DNA of 64,000 nucleotides from Acutalibacteraceae bacterium (GTDB lineage: Bacteria > Bacillota > Clostridia > Oscillospirales > Acutalibacteraceae). The translations under genes and the position numbers were made by a program. Positions 27,556-37,033 of the stretch are shown piece after piece. Numbering within the stretch: position 1 is the first letter of the stretch; the number at the start of each line of letters is the position of its first letter. The notes below the pieces were generated by a model. It saw only the letters and a program-made list of their open reading frames with translations. It was not told where the DNA came from and did not search any database. Where the stretch lies: positions 292-64,291 of the forward strand of contig JAZUID010000013.1 of NCBI GenBank assembly GCA_045642065.1. Direction: 5' to 3'.

Positions 27556-28031
27556 TTAAGGTTACAGTAATAGCTCTCGGCAAGCTTAAAGAAGATTATT
27601 TGAGAAAAGCTTCCGCCGAATATGAAAAAAGACTTTCGGGCTTTTGCAAACTTAACATTGTTGAGATTGAGCCCGTAAAATTACCCGACAATCCGTCAGA
27701 CAAAGAAATCGAAACGGCGCTTTTAAAAGAAGCCGTGTTAATTGATAAAAACATTCCGAAGAACACCTTTAATGTGGCTTGCTGTATTGAAGGCAAGATG
27801 ATAACAAGCGAAGAATTATCGACTTGTATCGAGAAATCCGCTATACAGACAGGTAGTGTTACGTTTATAATCGGCTCGTCTTACGGACTAAGCGAAGCGG
27901 TCAAGAAAAAGGCAGATTTAAAGCTGTCGGTTTCGGCCATGACCTTTCCGCACCAGCTATTCAGGGTAATGTTGTTAGAGCAACTTTACAGAGCCTTTAA
28001 AATAGAGGAAGGCACCCCTTATCACAAATAA
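27552..28031 (+). CDS. rlmH: 23S rRNA (pseudouridine1915-N3)-methyltransferase
   Basis: 159-aa SPOUT protein with FIIGSSYGLS and LSVSAMTFPHQLFRVMLLEQLYRA. Confidence 0.9.
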   Translation: MIKVTVIALGKLKEDYLRKASAEYEKRLSGFCKLNIVEIEPVKLPDNPSDKEIETALLKEAVLIDKNIPKNTFNVACCIEGKMITSEELSTCIEKSAIQTGSVTFIIGSSYGLSEAVKKKADLKLSVSAMTFPHQLFRVMLLEQLYRAFKIEEGTPYHK

Positions 28032-28061
28032 AATTTTATCGCAAAAATCGGCAAAAAACAC

Positions 28062-28090
28062 TTGACCTTACAAGAGGTATGTGGTATAAT
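28062..28090 (+). promoter_or_regulatory. Near-consensus sigma-A promoter with extended -10
   Basis: TTGACC, a 17-nt spacer ending in TGG, then TATAAT. It lies about 215 nt upstream of rpmG. Confidence 0.6.
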
Positions 28091-28305
28091 ATCCATACCT
28101 CTGAAAAGGTTCTTTTTTTTTGTTTAAAAAGAGCCGGTTAGCATATCTGCAACATGTTGCGTTGTGCTTTACGCGCGGTGCTATATGTAGCGTGCGTTGC
28201 GGTGTGTTCAGGTATAACCGAGGGAGGCGTACCTTTTAAAAATCTTGGTCTTGTCAGGATTTTTTAAAAGGCAAAAAATAATTCCGTAAAGCGGGAGGTG
28301 CCGTT

Positions 28306-28455
28306 ATGAGAGTTAAAATTACACTCGCTTGTACTGAGTGCAAGCAGCGCAACTACAACACAATGAAGAACAAGAAAAACGATCCGGATAGGCTTGAAAT
28401 GAACAAGTACTGTAGGTTCTGTAAGAAGCACACCCTACACAAGGAAACAAAGTAG
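28306..28455 (+). CDS. rpmG: 50S ribosomal protein L33 (49 aa, below the ORF-track cut-off)
   Basis: My translation is [61 protein letters not shown] is present. Confidence 0.9.
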   Translation: MRVKITLACTECKQRNYNTMKNKKNDPDRLEMNKYCRFCKKHTLHKETK

Positions 28456-28465
28456 GAGGGTCGCA

Positions 28466-29155
28466 ATGAAAGTATTAAACAGAATTTGCCAGATTCTTAC
28501 CGTTGTTTTCGGTGTGACCGCGCTTGTATTATTCTTTACAAGATTTGCGACAATTGTAAGCGCCGGTAATGACGTTAATGTTGTAGGTGCTCAATTAGCT
28601 TTCGGAAGCAAGGTTAAAATTGCCGACAGAACTGTTGATATGGCTCGTTCGGCTGATTTGCTTTTCTGCTTCTGGCTCACGGTTATTTCGTTGGCGTGCA
28701 GCGCTTTCTCCTTCAAGTTTAAGGGTTTACGCTATGCAGCTCCGGCCTTTGGCATTGTAACAGCAGTTTATATGTTGGTTGTTGCAGTTTCAAATCCTTG
28801 GAAGTTTGTTGATACACGTCCGTTAACCGATGTTACAAAGGTTACTTATGGACCTTTTGTATTGTTCCTTGCAATCGCTTTGTTTGCTTTTGTAGTGGCA
28901 GGCGTTGCATATCTTTTAGTTGACGATTATCTTGAAGTTTTGGCTTCAAAGGGCAGCAAGCTCACAATTCCTAAGCGTATTATTCGTTTCTTTAGGGATT
29001 ATAAGAGTGAGGTTAAGAAAATTGTTTGGCCCGGCTTTAAGGATGTTGCCAAAAACACAATAATCGTTATCGTAATGTGCGCATTAGCCGGCATACTTAT
29101 TTGGGCTGTTGACTTTGGCCTTGGTAAGTTACTTGCCTTAATTCTTGGCGCATAA
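28466..29155 (+). CDS. secE: Preprotein translocase subunit SecE with a ~165-aa, ~4-TM N-terminal extension
   Basis: The C-terminal 60 aa (RFFRDYKSEVKKIVWPGFKDVAKNTIIVIVMCALAGILIWAVDFGLGKLL) is canonical SecE. The gene sits in the conserved rpmG-secE-nusG position. The N-terminal part has about four hydrophobic helices. I found no internal start/RBS before the SecE core. Confidence 0.8.
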   Translation: MKVLNRICQILTVVFGVTALVLFFTRFATIVSAGNDVNVVGAQLAFGSKVKIADRTVDMARSADLLFCFWLTVISLACSAFSFKFKGLRYAAPAFGIVTAVYMLVVAVSNPWKFVDTRPLTDVTKVTYGPFVLFLAIALFAFVVAGVAYLLVDDYLEVLASKGSKLTIPKRIIRFFRDYKSEVKKIVWPGFKDVAKNTIIVIVMCALAGILIWAVDFGLGKLLALILGA

Positions 29156-29174
29156 ATTTCCGGGAGGGTGAAAA

Positions 29175-29702
29175 ATGGCTGAAAATAACCAAGCAAGATG
29201 GTATGTTGTACATACTTATTCGGGTTATGAAAATAAAGTTGCAAGCGACCTTGCAACAATGGTTGAAAGCCGTGGAATGCAGGATTTGATACAGGACATC
29301 AAAATTCCTACTGAAACCGTCACAGAAATCAAAGAGGATCAAAAGCGTGAAGTTGAGAGGAAGATTTTCCCCGGCTACGTTTTGATTAAGATGATAGTAA
29401 CCGACGACAGCTGGTATGTTGTAAGAAACATTCGCGGTTGTACAGGTTTCGTGGGTCCGGCTTCTAAACCGGTTCCGCTAACCGATGAAGAGGTAGCTGC
29501 ATTAGGCGTTGAAAAGCACAGCGTTGAGGTTGGCTACAATGTAGGCGATCAGGTTAAGATCATCAGCGGACCGTTAGAAGGTTACTCGGGTACGGTTAAA
29601 GAGTTGGATACTGCCAACAACAACGTATGCGTAGTTCTTTCTATGTTCGGCAGGGAAACACCGGTTGAATTAGAACTCGACCAAATTTCCCGCGCAGAAT
29701 AA
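29175..29702 (+). CDS. nusG: Transcription termination/antitermination factor NusG
   Basis: WYVVHTYSGYENKV (NGN) and the KOW motif GDQVKIISGPLEGYSGTV. Confidence 0.95.
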   Translation: MAENNQARWYVVHTYSGYENKVASDLATMVESRGMQDLIQDIKIPTETVTEIKEDQKREVERKIFPGYVLIKMIVTDDSWYVVRNIRGCTGFVGPASKPVPLTDEEVAALGVEKHSVEVGYNVGDQVKIISGPLEGYSGTVKELDTANNNVCVVLSMFGRETPVELELDQISRAE

Positions 29703-29819
29703 CAGTTTAACTGTTATAAGTCTCATGGCACGAAAAGTGCCACGGTGGGAGGAACGGGTAGATGACTGTTCCGCCAAGCGCAAAAGCGCTGTTACCACGA
29801 ATAATGGAGGTGCAAATAA

Positions 29820-30245
29820 ATGGCTCAAAAAATTGAAGGTTACATTAAACTGCAGATTCCTGCAGGCAAGGCAACACCGGCTCCACCGGTAGGCCCTGCT
29901 CTCGGTCAACACGGCGTCAACATTATGGCGTTTACTAAGGAGTTTAACGAGAGAACAAAGAACGACGCAGGTCTTATTATTCCGGTAGTAATTACCGTAT
30001 ATGCTGACCGTTCGTTCAGCTTTATCACAAAGACTCCGCCTGCTGCTGTACTTATCAAAAAGGCATGCGGCATTGAGAGTGCTTCCGGCACACCTAACAA
30101 AACAAAGGTTGCCAAGATCACCAGAGAGCAAGTTAAGAAAATCGCAGAAACAAAGATGCCCGACCTTAATGCAGCAAGCATTGAATCCGCTATGAGTATG
30201 ATAGCCGGTACCGCTCGCAGCATGGGCATTGAAGTTGTAGATTAA
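29820..30245 (+). CDS. rplK: 50S ribosomal protein L11
   Basis: [30 protein letters not shown]. Confidence 0.95.
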   Translation: MAQKIEGYIKLQIPAGKATPAPPVGPALGQHGVNIMAFTKEFNERTKNDAGLIIPVVITVYADRSFSFITKTPPAAVLIKKACGIESASGTPNKTKVAKITREQVKKIAETKMPDLNAASIESAMSMIAGTARSMGIEVVD

Positions 30246-30299
30246 GTTCTCTCTCGTGGGAGGATAATTCCGATTTAACCACTTATTGGGAGGTAAATA

Positions 30300-30995
30300 A
30301 TGAAACACGGTAAAAAGTATATTGCCGGCGCTGAACTTATTGAAAACGGCAAATTCTATGACGCTAACGAAGCTGTAGAAATTGCAGTTAAAACAGGCAC
30401 GGCAAAATTTGATGAAACAGTAGAAATCCACGTTCGTTTAGGTGTTGACTCTCGCCACGCTGACCAACAGGTTAGAGGCGCTGTAGTTCTTCCTAACGGT
30501 ACTGGTAAAAAAATCAGAACTCTTGTTATAGCTAAGGGTGACAAGGCAGATGCTGCTAAAGAAGCAGGTTCCGACTATGTTGGTGCTGAAGAGCTTGTTG
30601 CAAAGATTCAAAACGAAAACTGGTTAGATTTCGATGTTGTTATTGCAACACCCGACATGATGGGCCTTGTTGGCCGTCTTGGTAAGGTTTTAGGCCCGCG
30701 CGGTTTAATGCCGACACCAAAGGCCGGTACAGTTACACCTGATGTTGCAAAGGCTGTTACCGAAGCAAAATCCGGTAAGATTGAATACCGTCTTGACAAG
30801 ACAAACATCATCCACTGCCCAATCGGCAAAGTTTCTTTCGGTGCTGAAAAGCTTCAAGAAAACTTTGACGCTCTTATGGGTGCTATCGTTAAAGCTAAAC
30901 CGGCTTCCACAAAAGGCCAATACATTAAGTCTTGCGTCATCGCAACAACAATGGGCCCCGGTATAAAGCTAAACGTTGCTAAGTTTGGTGCATAA
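30300..30995 (+). CDS. rplA: 50S ribosomal protein L1
   Basis: The position after rplK, plus [14 protein letters not shown] and [16 protein letters not shown] hairpin terminator follows. Confidence 0.95.
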   Translation: MKHGKKYIAGAELIENGKFYDANEAVEIAVKTGTAKFDETVEIHVRLGVDSRHADQQVRGAVVLPNGTGKKIRTLVIAKGDKADAAKEAGSDYVGAEELVAKIQNENWLDFDVVIATPDMMGLVGRLGKVLGPRGLMPTPKAGTVTPDVAKAVTEAKSGKIEYRLDKTNIIHCPIGKVSFGAEKLQENFDALMGAIVKAKPASTKGQYIKSCVIATTMGPGIKLNVAKFGA

Positions 30996-31099
30996 ATTTG
31001 ATTTTAAAGTCCGCGATTACATTTTGTAATTGCGGACTTTTTTTATTGACTTTGTTGGGTTTTGTGGTAAAATGAAATTTGTATAAAGGGGTGTTTAAA

Positions 31100-32368
31100 A
31101 TGTCCGAAACATTAAGAAGATTTTATAGCAATATTGATATTAAAAATGCAGGATTAGAGGCAGAAGTCAACAGCAATATCGAAAAATACCGAAAGGGCAA
31201 TTTTACTGTAAAACTGCCTGCGGATATTAAGGCAAAAAGCATAAAGGTTAAGCAAACAAAGCACAAATTTATGTTTGGTGCCAACACCTTTATGCTTGAT
31301 TCTTTTAAGTCAGAAGACCAAAATACAGAATACAGGCAAAAGTTTTTAAAACTCTTTAATACTGCGGTTGTCGGCACTTTTTGGAAGGACTATGAACCGC
31401 AAAAAGGCGTTTACAGATTTGATAAAAACAGCGAATTTGTTTACAGAAGACCGCCCATTGAATCGGTGTTGGATTTTTGCAAAGAGAACGACTTAACCCC
31501 AAAAGCGCACAACCTTATTTGGCATCAAGGCGTTATGCACCCCGACTGGGTTAACAAGGACAAAACAAAAATTATGCCTGATATTTTAGATTATATGAAG
31601 GCGTTAAGTGACCGTTTTAGGAATGAATTCCCCTATATTGATGTTGCCAACGAGCATCTTTGCCGCGGAAGAATCGGGCAATGGGGCAACGACCAAATGC
31701 CTTGGGACTATGTTTATAAAGTTTACGAAGAAGCCGATAAGCTTTTTCCGAACTCTAAGCTTATGACCAACGAAAATCATATGTTCTGCTGGGTTGATTA
31801 TTGCTTGGATTCAAGCCCCTATTATATTCATTTGCAAAATATGTTGTCACGCGGATACAGAGTTGACTCTATCGGCATGCAGTACCATGCCTTTATAAGC
31901 GACGTCCACGAAAAATTCTTCGGTACGGGTATGATGGATATTAACTGCATTGATACCGTGCTTAAAGGGTTCAGCCGTTTAAACAAACCGCTTCAAATTT
32001 CGGAGATTACAATTCCCTCAACCCTTTTCGGCGAAAAGGTGGATGAAGGTTTACAAAGAGAAATCACCGAAAACCTTTTAAGACTGTGGTTTTCAACACC
32101 TAATATGGAAGCGATTATTTGGTGGAATTTGCTTGACGGCACGGCCTATCAAAATGAAGATATGTATAAGGGTGCTTTGCTCGACAAGGATATGCGTGAG
32201 AAACCGGTTTACACCATGATCGATAGGTTAATTAACCATGAATGGCGCACCGAGGAAACCGTTTTTGCCGATGAAAACGGCGAATTTAAGTTTAACGGTT
32301 TTTACGGTGATTATGACATAATCGTCCAAACCGAAAAGGGCGAAAAAACATTAAAATATTCTTTTTAG
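31100..32368 (+). CDS. GH10-like endo-beta-1,4-xylanase, apparently cytoplasmic
   Basis: KAHNLIWHQ, DVANEH (acid/base NE) and ISEITI (nucleophile, compare ITELD). No signal peptide. The ATG at 31100 has an AAGGGG RBS. Confidence 0.6.
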   Translation: MSETLRRFYSNIDIKNAGLEAEVNSNIEKYRKGNFTVKLPADIKAKSIKVKQTKHKFMFGANTFMLDSFKSEDQNTEYRQKFLKLFNTAVVGTFWKDYEPQKGVYRFDKNSEFVYRRPPIESVLDFCKENDLTPKAHNLIWHQGVMHPDWVNKDKTKIMPDILDYMKALSDRFRNEFPYIDVANEHLCRGRIGQWGNDQMPWDYVYKVYEEADKLFPNSKLMTNENHMFCWVDYCLDSSPYYIHLQNMLSRGYRVDSIGMQYHAFISDVHEKFFGTGMMDINCIDTVLKGFSRLNKPLQISEITIPSTLFGEKVDEGLQREITENLLRLWFSTPNMEAIIWWNLLDGTAYQNEDMYKGALLDKDMREKPVYTMIDRLINHEWRTEETVFADENGEFKFNGFYGDYDIIVQTEKGEKTLKYSF

Positions 32369-32509
32369 AAAAACAAAATCTAAGCTTTCTTTTGTTTGCA
32401 AAAGAAAGCTTATTTTTATGCCCGAAATTTAACAAAATGTCTTTATTTTTTGAAAGTTTTATGTTATAATCTATTATATATAAGTATATACAATAGGGGT
32501 GGTATGCGG

Positions 32510-33823
32510 ATGCGTAAAGTTATAACAATTTTAACACTTTGTTTGTGCCTTGCTTTCTCGGCCTGCGGTTGCAAATCCGCAACTCACGAACCAGCTGATA
32601 TGTTGAGCCCTCCAAAGCTCAGCGGTGCATTAGAACCGATAGAAGAAGCACTCAAAAAAAGCATCACGGGGGACTATACGCTTATGTACCCGACTATCGG
32701 CGAATATAGTTCCGCTGTTATTAAGCGCAGTCTTTCTAAGAACGGCAAGAGTATTGCGCTTGCCTTTTACAAAACGGTTGACGGCAACGAAACTTTTATG
32801 CATTTGAATGTAATTACCAAAAAAGGCGACGAATGGCAAAGCGTTGCCGACCAAAAGGTTTATGCCGGCGGTGTTAACCGTGTTGACTTTTGCGATTTAG
32901 ACGGGGACGGCGTTTGCGAAATTTTAGTCGGTTGGGAAGTTTACGGAACAAGTGAGATGCGCTTGTCGGTTTATAAGTTTAATAATAAAAAGCTTACCGA
33001 AGAAATGAATGAGCGTTATTCCTACTTCCTTTGCTCGGACCTAAATGAAGACAGCAAAAACGAAATTCTGATTATTAACTTTAACAAGGTTGAAGGCACT
33101 AACTATGCCGGACTTTATGAACTCGGGAAAGACGGTCCTGCCGAAATCGGCGGTTGCGGACTTGACCCGACGGTTAAAGCTGTAAGCCAACCCGTGCTTT
33201 CGAAACTTTCCAATAATAAGCCCGCCGTTTATGTTGAAGAAACAAAGGGCGCCGGCGCCGTAACCGAAGTGTTGTTTTGGGAAAAAGGCGTACTTGTTAA
33301 TCCGCTTTTGGATACGGTTACCAACGAAACAAGCAGAACATTACATTCCTCCGCAACATATTGCAGAGATATAAACGGCGATAATATTATTGAAATTCCG
33401 ATTCGTGAAGTTCTGCCGTCCTTCGGGAAGACAAGCGAAGAAATTCTTTACTACACCAACTGGTGCAAGTATAACGGTGAAAGCCTGCTTTCTATTGATA
33501 CAATGCTGATTAACTTTGTTGACGGCTATTACATTGATGTTCCCGAAAAGTGGTACGGTAATATTTCGGCCACAAAAAACAGCGACAGCGGTCTTAGGGA
33601 ATTTTACCGTTACGACGCGCAAAACGATGTGTCGGGCAGAAAGTTAGTGGCAATTAAAACCTTTAACGCTAAAAAGTGGGATAAGGGCGATTATAAAAAT
33701 CTTGATTACACTTTACTTTGCCGAAACGGCGAAACGGTTATTGTCGGTTGGGTTTGTGCTACCGATGACCCACTTGCCGTTAATATTGAAGAGCTTAAGT
33801 CCTATATAAAAATCATTGAGTAG
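32510..33823 (+). CDS. Lipoprotein with FG-GAP/VCBS-like Ca2+-binding repeats
   Basis: Signal peptide and lipobox (ILTLCLCLAFSAC). The repeated motifs are DLDGDGVCEILVGW, DLNEDSKNEILIINF and DINGDNIIEIPI. The ORF-track 5' extension is AT-rich and has no RBS. Confidence 0.55.
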   Translation: MRKVITILTLCLCLAFSACGCKSATHEPADMLSPPKLSGALEPIEEALKKSITGDYTLMYPTIGEYSSAVIKRSLSKNGKSIALAFYKTVDGNETFMHLNVITKKGDEWQSVADQKVYAGGVNRVDFCDLDGDGVCEILVGWEVYGTSEMRLSVYKFNNKKLTEEMNERYSYFLCSDLNEDSKNEILIINFNKVEGTNYAGLYELGKDGPAEIGGCGLDPTVKAVSQPVLSKLSNNKPAVYVEETKGAGAVTEVLFWEKGVLVNPLLDTVTNETSRTLHSSATYCRDINGDNIIEIPIREVLPSFGKTSEEILYYTNWCKYNGESLLSIDTMLINFVDGYYIDVPEKWYGNISATKNSDSGLREFYRYDAQNDVSGRKLVAIKTFNAKKWDKGDYKNLDYTLLCRNGETVIVGWVCATDDPLAVNIEELKSYIKIIE

Positions 33824-33833
33824 GGGAAAAGAT

Positions 33834-34535
33834 ATGAAAAAAATCCTTATTGTTGAAGACGAAACCGCGATACGCGAATTTGAAGCAATAAATCTTACTC
33901 GTGCGGGTTACTCGGTAACCGAAGCCGCTTCGGGCGAAGAAGCGCTTGACCTATATGAAGCCGAGGGCGGAAATTTCGACATTGCCCTATTAGATATTTC
34001 AATGCCCGGCATGGACGGTTTTACACTTTGTAAGGAGCTTCGCAAAAAGAGCGGTAGCATCGGCATTATAATGCTAACTGCAAGAACGCAGGAAATGGAT
34101 AAGATAAGCGGGCTTATGATGGGTGCTGATGACTATATTACAAAGCCTTTCAGTCCGGCGGAGCTTTTAGCCCGTGTCGATTCGCTTTACCGCAGGGTTG
34201 AAATGCAGGCAGCAAAGAGCGAGCCTACATATCTTGAAGAAATCACTTTGGGTGATTTTACACTAAACATTCACCGCCGCACACTTTTAAAGCGCGGTCA
34301 AAATATTGAACTTACACAGGTCGAGTTCCAAATGGTTGAATATTTCTTTAACCATCCCGATGTTATATTGGAACGCAACGACATTTTAACAAAGGTTTGG
34401 GGCAGCAGTTATTTTGGTGATGACAAAGTAGTTGATGTTAATATAAGGCGCCTTCGCATGAAGGTAGAAGACGACCCGTCTGCGCCAGTTCACCTATTGA
34501 CCGTTTGGGGCAGAGGATATAAGTGGAGTATTTGA
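33834..34535 (+). CDS. OmpR-family response regulator
   Basis: Receiver domain (ILIVEDE, LLDISMPGMDG, MLTAR) plus a winged-helix output (VWG...VDVNIRRLRMK). Confidence 0.9.
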   Translation: MKKILIVEDETAIREFEAINLTRAGYSVTEAASGEEALDLYEAEGGNFDIALLDISMPGMDGFTLCKELRKKSGSIGIIMLTARTQEMDKISGLMMGADDYITKPFSPAELLARVDSLYRRVEMQAAKSEPTYLEEITLGDFTLNIHRRTLLKRGQNIELTQVEFQMVEYFFNHPDVILERNDILTKVWGSSYFGDDKVVDVNIRRLRMKVEDDPSAPVHLLTVWGRGYKWSI

Positions 34536-34577
34536 TTCATAACGAATTTTACTAAATAAAAAAAGGAGGAATTTAAA

Positions 34578-36026
34578 ATGCAGTTTGAGCTGAAATTTAA
34601 AAGCATTGCGGTTAGATGGTTTGTAAACGTTTTCTTAATTGTTGCCATTATTGTAACCGGTATGGTTATCGGCTTTTCTGTGTCATATTCCTCCATTTAC
34701 CGTGAGAGAATAAGAAACACGGCGGATTCTTATGCCGAAGAATTTTCGGCGCTTTCAAACGCAACAAAGCAAACCTTTTATGCTTCGGCAGTTGCTATTT
34801 CCGCGAACTTTGCTTATAAAGATAAAATTGAAGTTCAAGCAATTAACGCCGACGGCAAGATTGTCCTTTCAACAACCGGTTTCCAGTCTGCCGACACGAT
34901 AACATCAATGCCCGACTATGACGAGGCATTAAAAAGCAAAAGCGGAACGGCTTATTTTAACGGTAAAAGTCAAAACGGCGAAAGCATTATGGCGAGAACC
35001 GTTCTTGTTAAAGATTCTTCGGGTAAGCATATCGGTGCTTACCGTTGGATAACCTCTATGGAACCGTTCTATGCAAGGACAACCACAACGACCGTTGCGG
35101 CAATTTTGGTCGGCACGCTCTTCTTGGCTTTAAGCGCCTTTTCGGGACTTTACTTTACCCGTTCAATAATTATCCCGATAAGAGATGTAAGTAATATGGC
35201 AAGGAAAATCGCAGCAGGCGATTTTGAAAGCCGGATTGAAATTGAAAAGAACGATGAAATCGGCGAGCTTTGCGACACGATTAACTATATGGCGTCGGAA
35301 CTCAGCGAAACGCAAAATCTTAAAAATGATTTTATTTCATCTGTTTCTCATGAACTCAGAACACCGCTTACCGCAATACGCGGTTGGGGTGAAACTGCAA
35401 AAATGTCGGTCGGCACTGACGACGAACTTGTCAGTCGCGGACTTGATGTTGTGCTGTCCGAAGCCGACCGCCTTTCGGGACTTGTAGAAGACTTGTTAGA
35501 CTTTTCGCGAATGGAGAACGGCCGTTTAACCCTTTTGGAAGCTCCTGTCGATGTTACTCTTCTATTAAACGAAGCGGCAGATATGTACACCGAGCTTGCC
35601 CGAAAGCAGGGCATTGACCTTATTATAACAAGGGCGAGTCACCCCAAAATGGTTATGGGCGACCACGACCGGTTAAAGCAGGTGTTTATTAACATTATTG
35701 ATAACGCCGTCAAGTACACCGAAAACGGCGGTCAGGTTTTAGTCGAACAATTATCCGACGAAGCCTGCGTTAAGGTTGTTGTTACCGATACAGGTGTCGG
35801 TATTCCAGCGCAGGACCTTGACAGGGTAAAAGAAAAATTTTATAAGGCAAACAAAACCGTGCGTGGCTCCGGCATCGGACTTGCCGTTGCGGATGAAATT
35901 ATTAAGCAACACAAAGGCCTTTTGTTTGTAGAAAGTACCGAAGGTGTCGGTACAAAGGTTACGATTGTTTTGCCGGTCATTGAAGAGGTTTCCGACAACA
36001 AGAAAACCGAGCAAGAAAATCTTTAA
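34578..36026 (+). CDS. Sensor histidine kinase (2 TM, HAMP, HisKA, HATPase_c)
   Basis: H-box SHELRTPLTAIRGW, N-box NIIDNAVKYT, and G-boxes DTGVGI and GSGIGLAVA. Confidence 0.9.
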   Translation: MQFELKFKSIAVRWFVNVFLIVAIIVTGMVIGFSVSYSSIYRERIRNTADSYAEEFSALSNATKQTFYASAVAISANFAYKDKIEVQAINADGKIVLSTTGFQSADTITSMPDYDEALKSKSGTAYFNGKSQNGESIMARTVLVKDSSGKHIGAYRWITSMEPFYARTTTTTVAAILVGTLFLALSAFSGLYFTRSIIIPIRDVSNMARKIAAGDFESRIEIEKNDEIGELCDTINYMASELSETQNLKNDFISSVSHELRTPLTAIRGWGETAKMSVGTDDELVSRGLDVVLSEADRLSGLVEDLLDFSRMENGRLTLLEAPVDVTLLLNEAADMYTELARKQGIDLIITRASHPKMVMGDHDRLKQVFINIIDNAVKYTENGGQVLVEQLSDEACVKVVVTDTGVGIPAQDLDRVKEKFYKANKTVRGSGIGLAVADEIIKQHKGLLFVESTEGVGTKVTIVLPVIEEVSDNKKTEQENL

Positions 36027-36049
36027 ATTATCCCCGAAAGGAAAGCAAA

Positions 36050-37033
36050 ATGGGTAAATTTACATCAATAGGCGGTCAAGCACTTATTGAGGGCATTATG
36101 ATGAAAAGTCCCGAAAAAACTGCACTTGCGGTAAGGTGCCCCGATAAGCAAATCGACATAACCTATTTAGAAGAAAAAAGTTTAAGAACTAAATACAAAT
36201 TTTTCGCTTTGCCGATTATTCGCGGTGTTGTCGCTTTTGTTGAATCAATGATTCAGGGATATAAAGCGATGATGCTTTCGGCTGAAAAATCGGGATATAC
36301 CGATTTTGAAGAAGAGGGCGAAGAAAAAATTGACGATAAAAAGAAAAATGCTATTGTAAATGCGATTATGGTTGTCGGCACAGTACTCGGCGTTTTGTTG
36401 GCACTTGTACTCTTTATGTACCTTCCGCGCCTTGCGGTCGGCGGTTTGCAAAAGCTTTTTTCGGTTTCTTTTTCTAAAATAATCCGCTCTTCAATAGAGC
36501 AGTTAATTAAACTTGCCTTTTTTGTTCTTTATGTTTGGCTTGTATCATTTATGAAAGATATTAAGCGTGTGTTTATGTACCACGGTGCCGAGCACAAGAC
36601 AATCTTTTGTTACGAAGCAGGTTTAAAGTTAACTGTTGAAAATGTCAAAAAGCAAAAAAGATTTCACCCGCGTTGCGGCACGTCGTTTATGATTTTGATG
36701 ATATTGGTAAGCATCATTATTTCGACGGTAGTTCAAATGATTTGGAAAGACGTTTATAACATTGCTTGGCTTTGGGTAGCAATTAAAATTTTAATGATAC
36801 CTGTTATTTGCGGCATCGGTTTTGAAATTTTGAAAATTTGCGGCAAATACGATAATGTCATAACTCGAATAATCTCTGCTCCGGGGCTTTGGTTGCAAAG
36901 AATAACAACAAAAGAGCCCGAAGAGGATATGATTGAAATTGCCATTGCGGCATTAAAGGCTTGCGAGCCCGAAAACCCCGATGTTGACCGCAGTATAGAT
37001 AGCGAGGAACAAGTTGGCAATGACGATATTTGA
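36050..37033 (+). CDS. DUF1385-family membrane protein (commonly precedes prmC)
   Basis: GGQALIEGIMMKSP, YHGAEHKTI and HPRCGTSF are motifs I associate with DUF1385. The gene overlaps prmC. Confidence 0.65.
   Translation: MGKFTSIGGQALIEGIMMKSPEKTALAVRCPDKQIDITYLEEKSLRTKYKFFALPIIRGVVAFVESMIQGYKAMMLSAEKSGYTDFEEEGEEKIDDKKKNAIVNAIMVVGTVLGVLLALVLFMYLPRLAVGGLQKLFSVSFSKIIRSSIEQLIKLAFFVLYVWLVSFMKDIKRVFMYHGAEHKTIFCYEAGLKLTVENVKKQKRFHPRCGTSFMILMILVSIIISTVVQMIWKDVYNIAWLWVAIKILMIPVICGIGFEILKICGKYDNVITRIISAPGLWLQRITTKEPEEDMIEIAIAALKACEPENPDVDRSIDSEEQVGNDDI

Noticed and set aside
29670-30431. 253-aa minus-strand ORF spanning the nusG end, rplK and the rplA start
   Set aside because: It is antisense to three highly conserved, confidently identified genes. 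It is Cys/Phe-rich with no motifs or RBS, so it is a typical shadow ORF.
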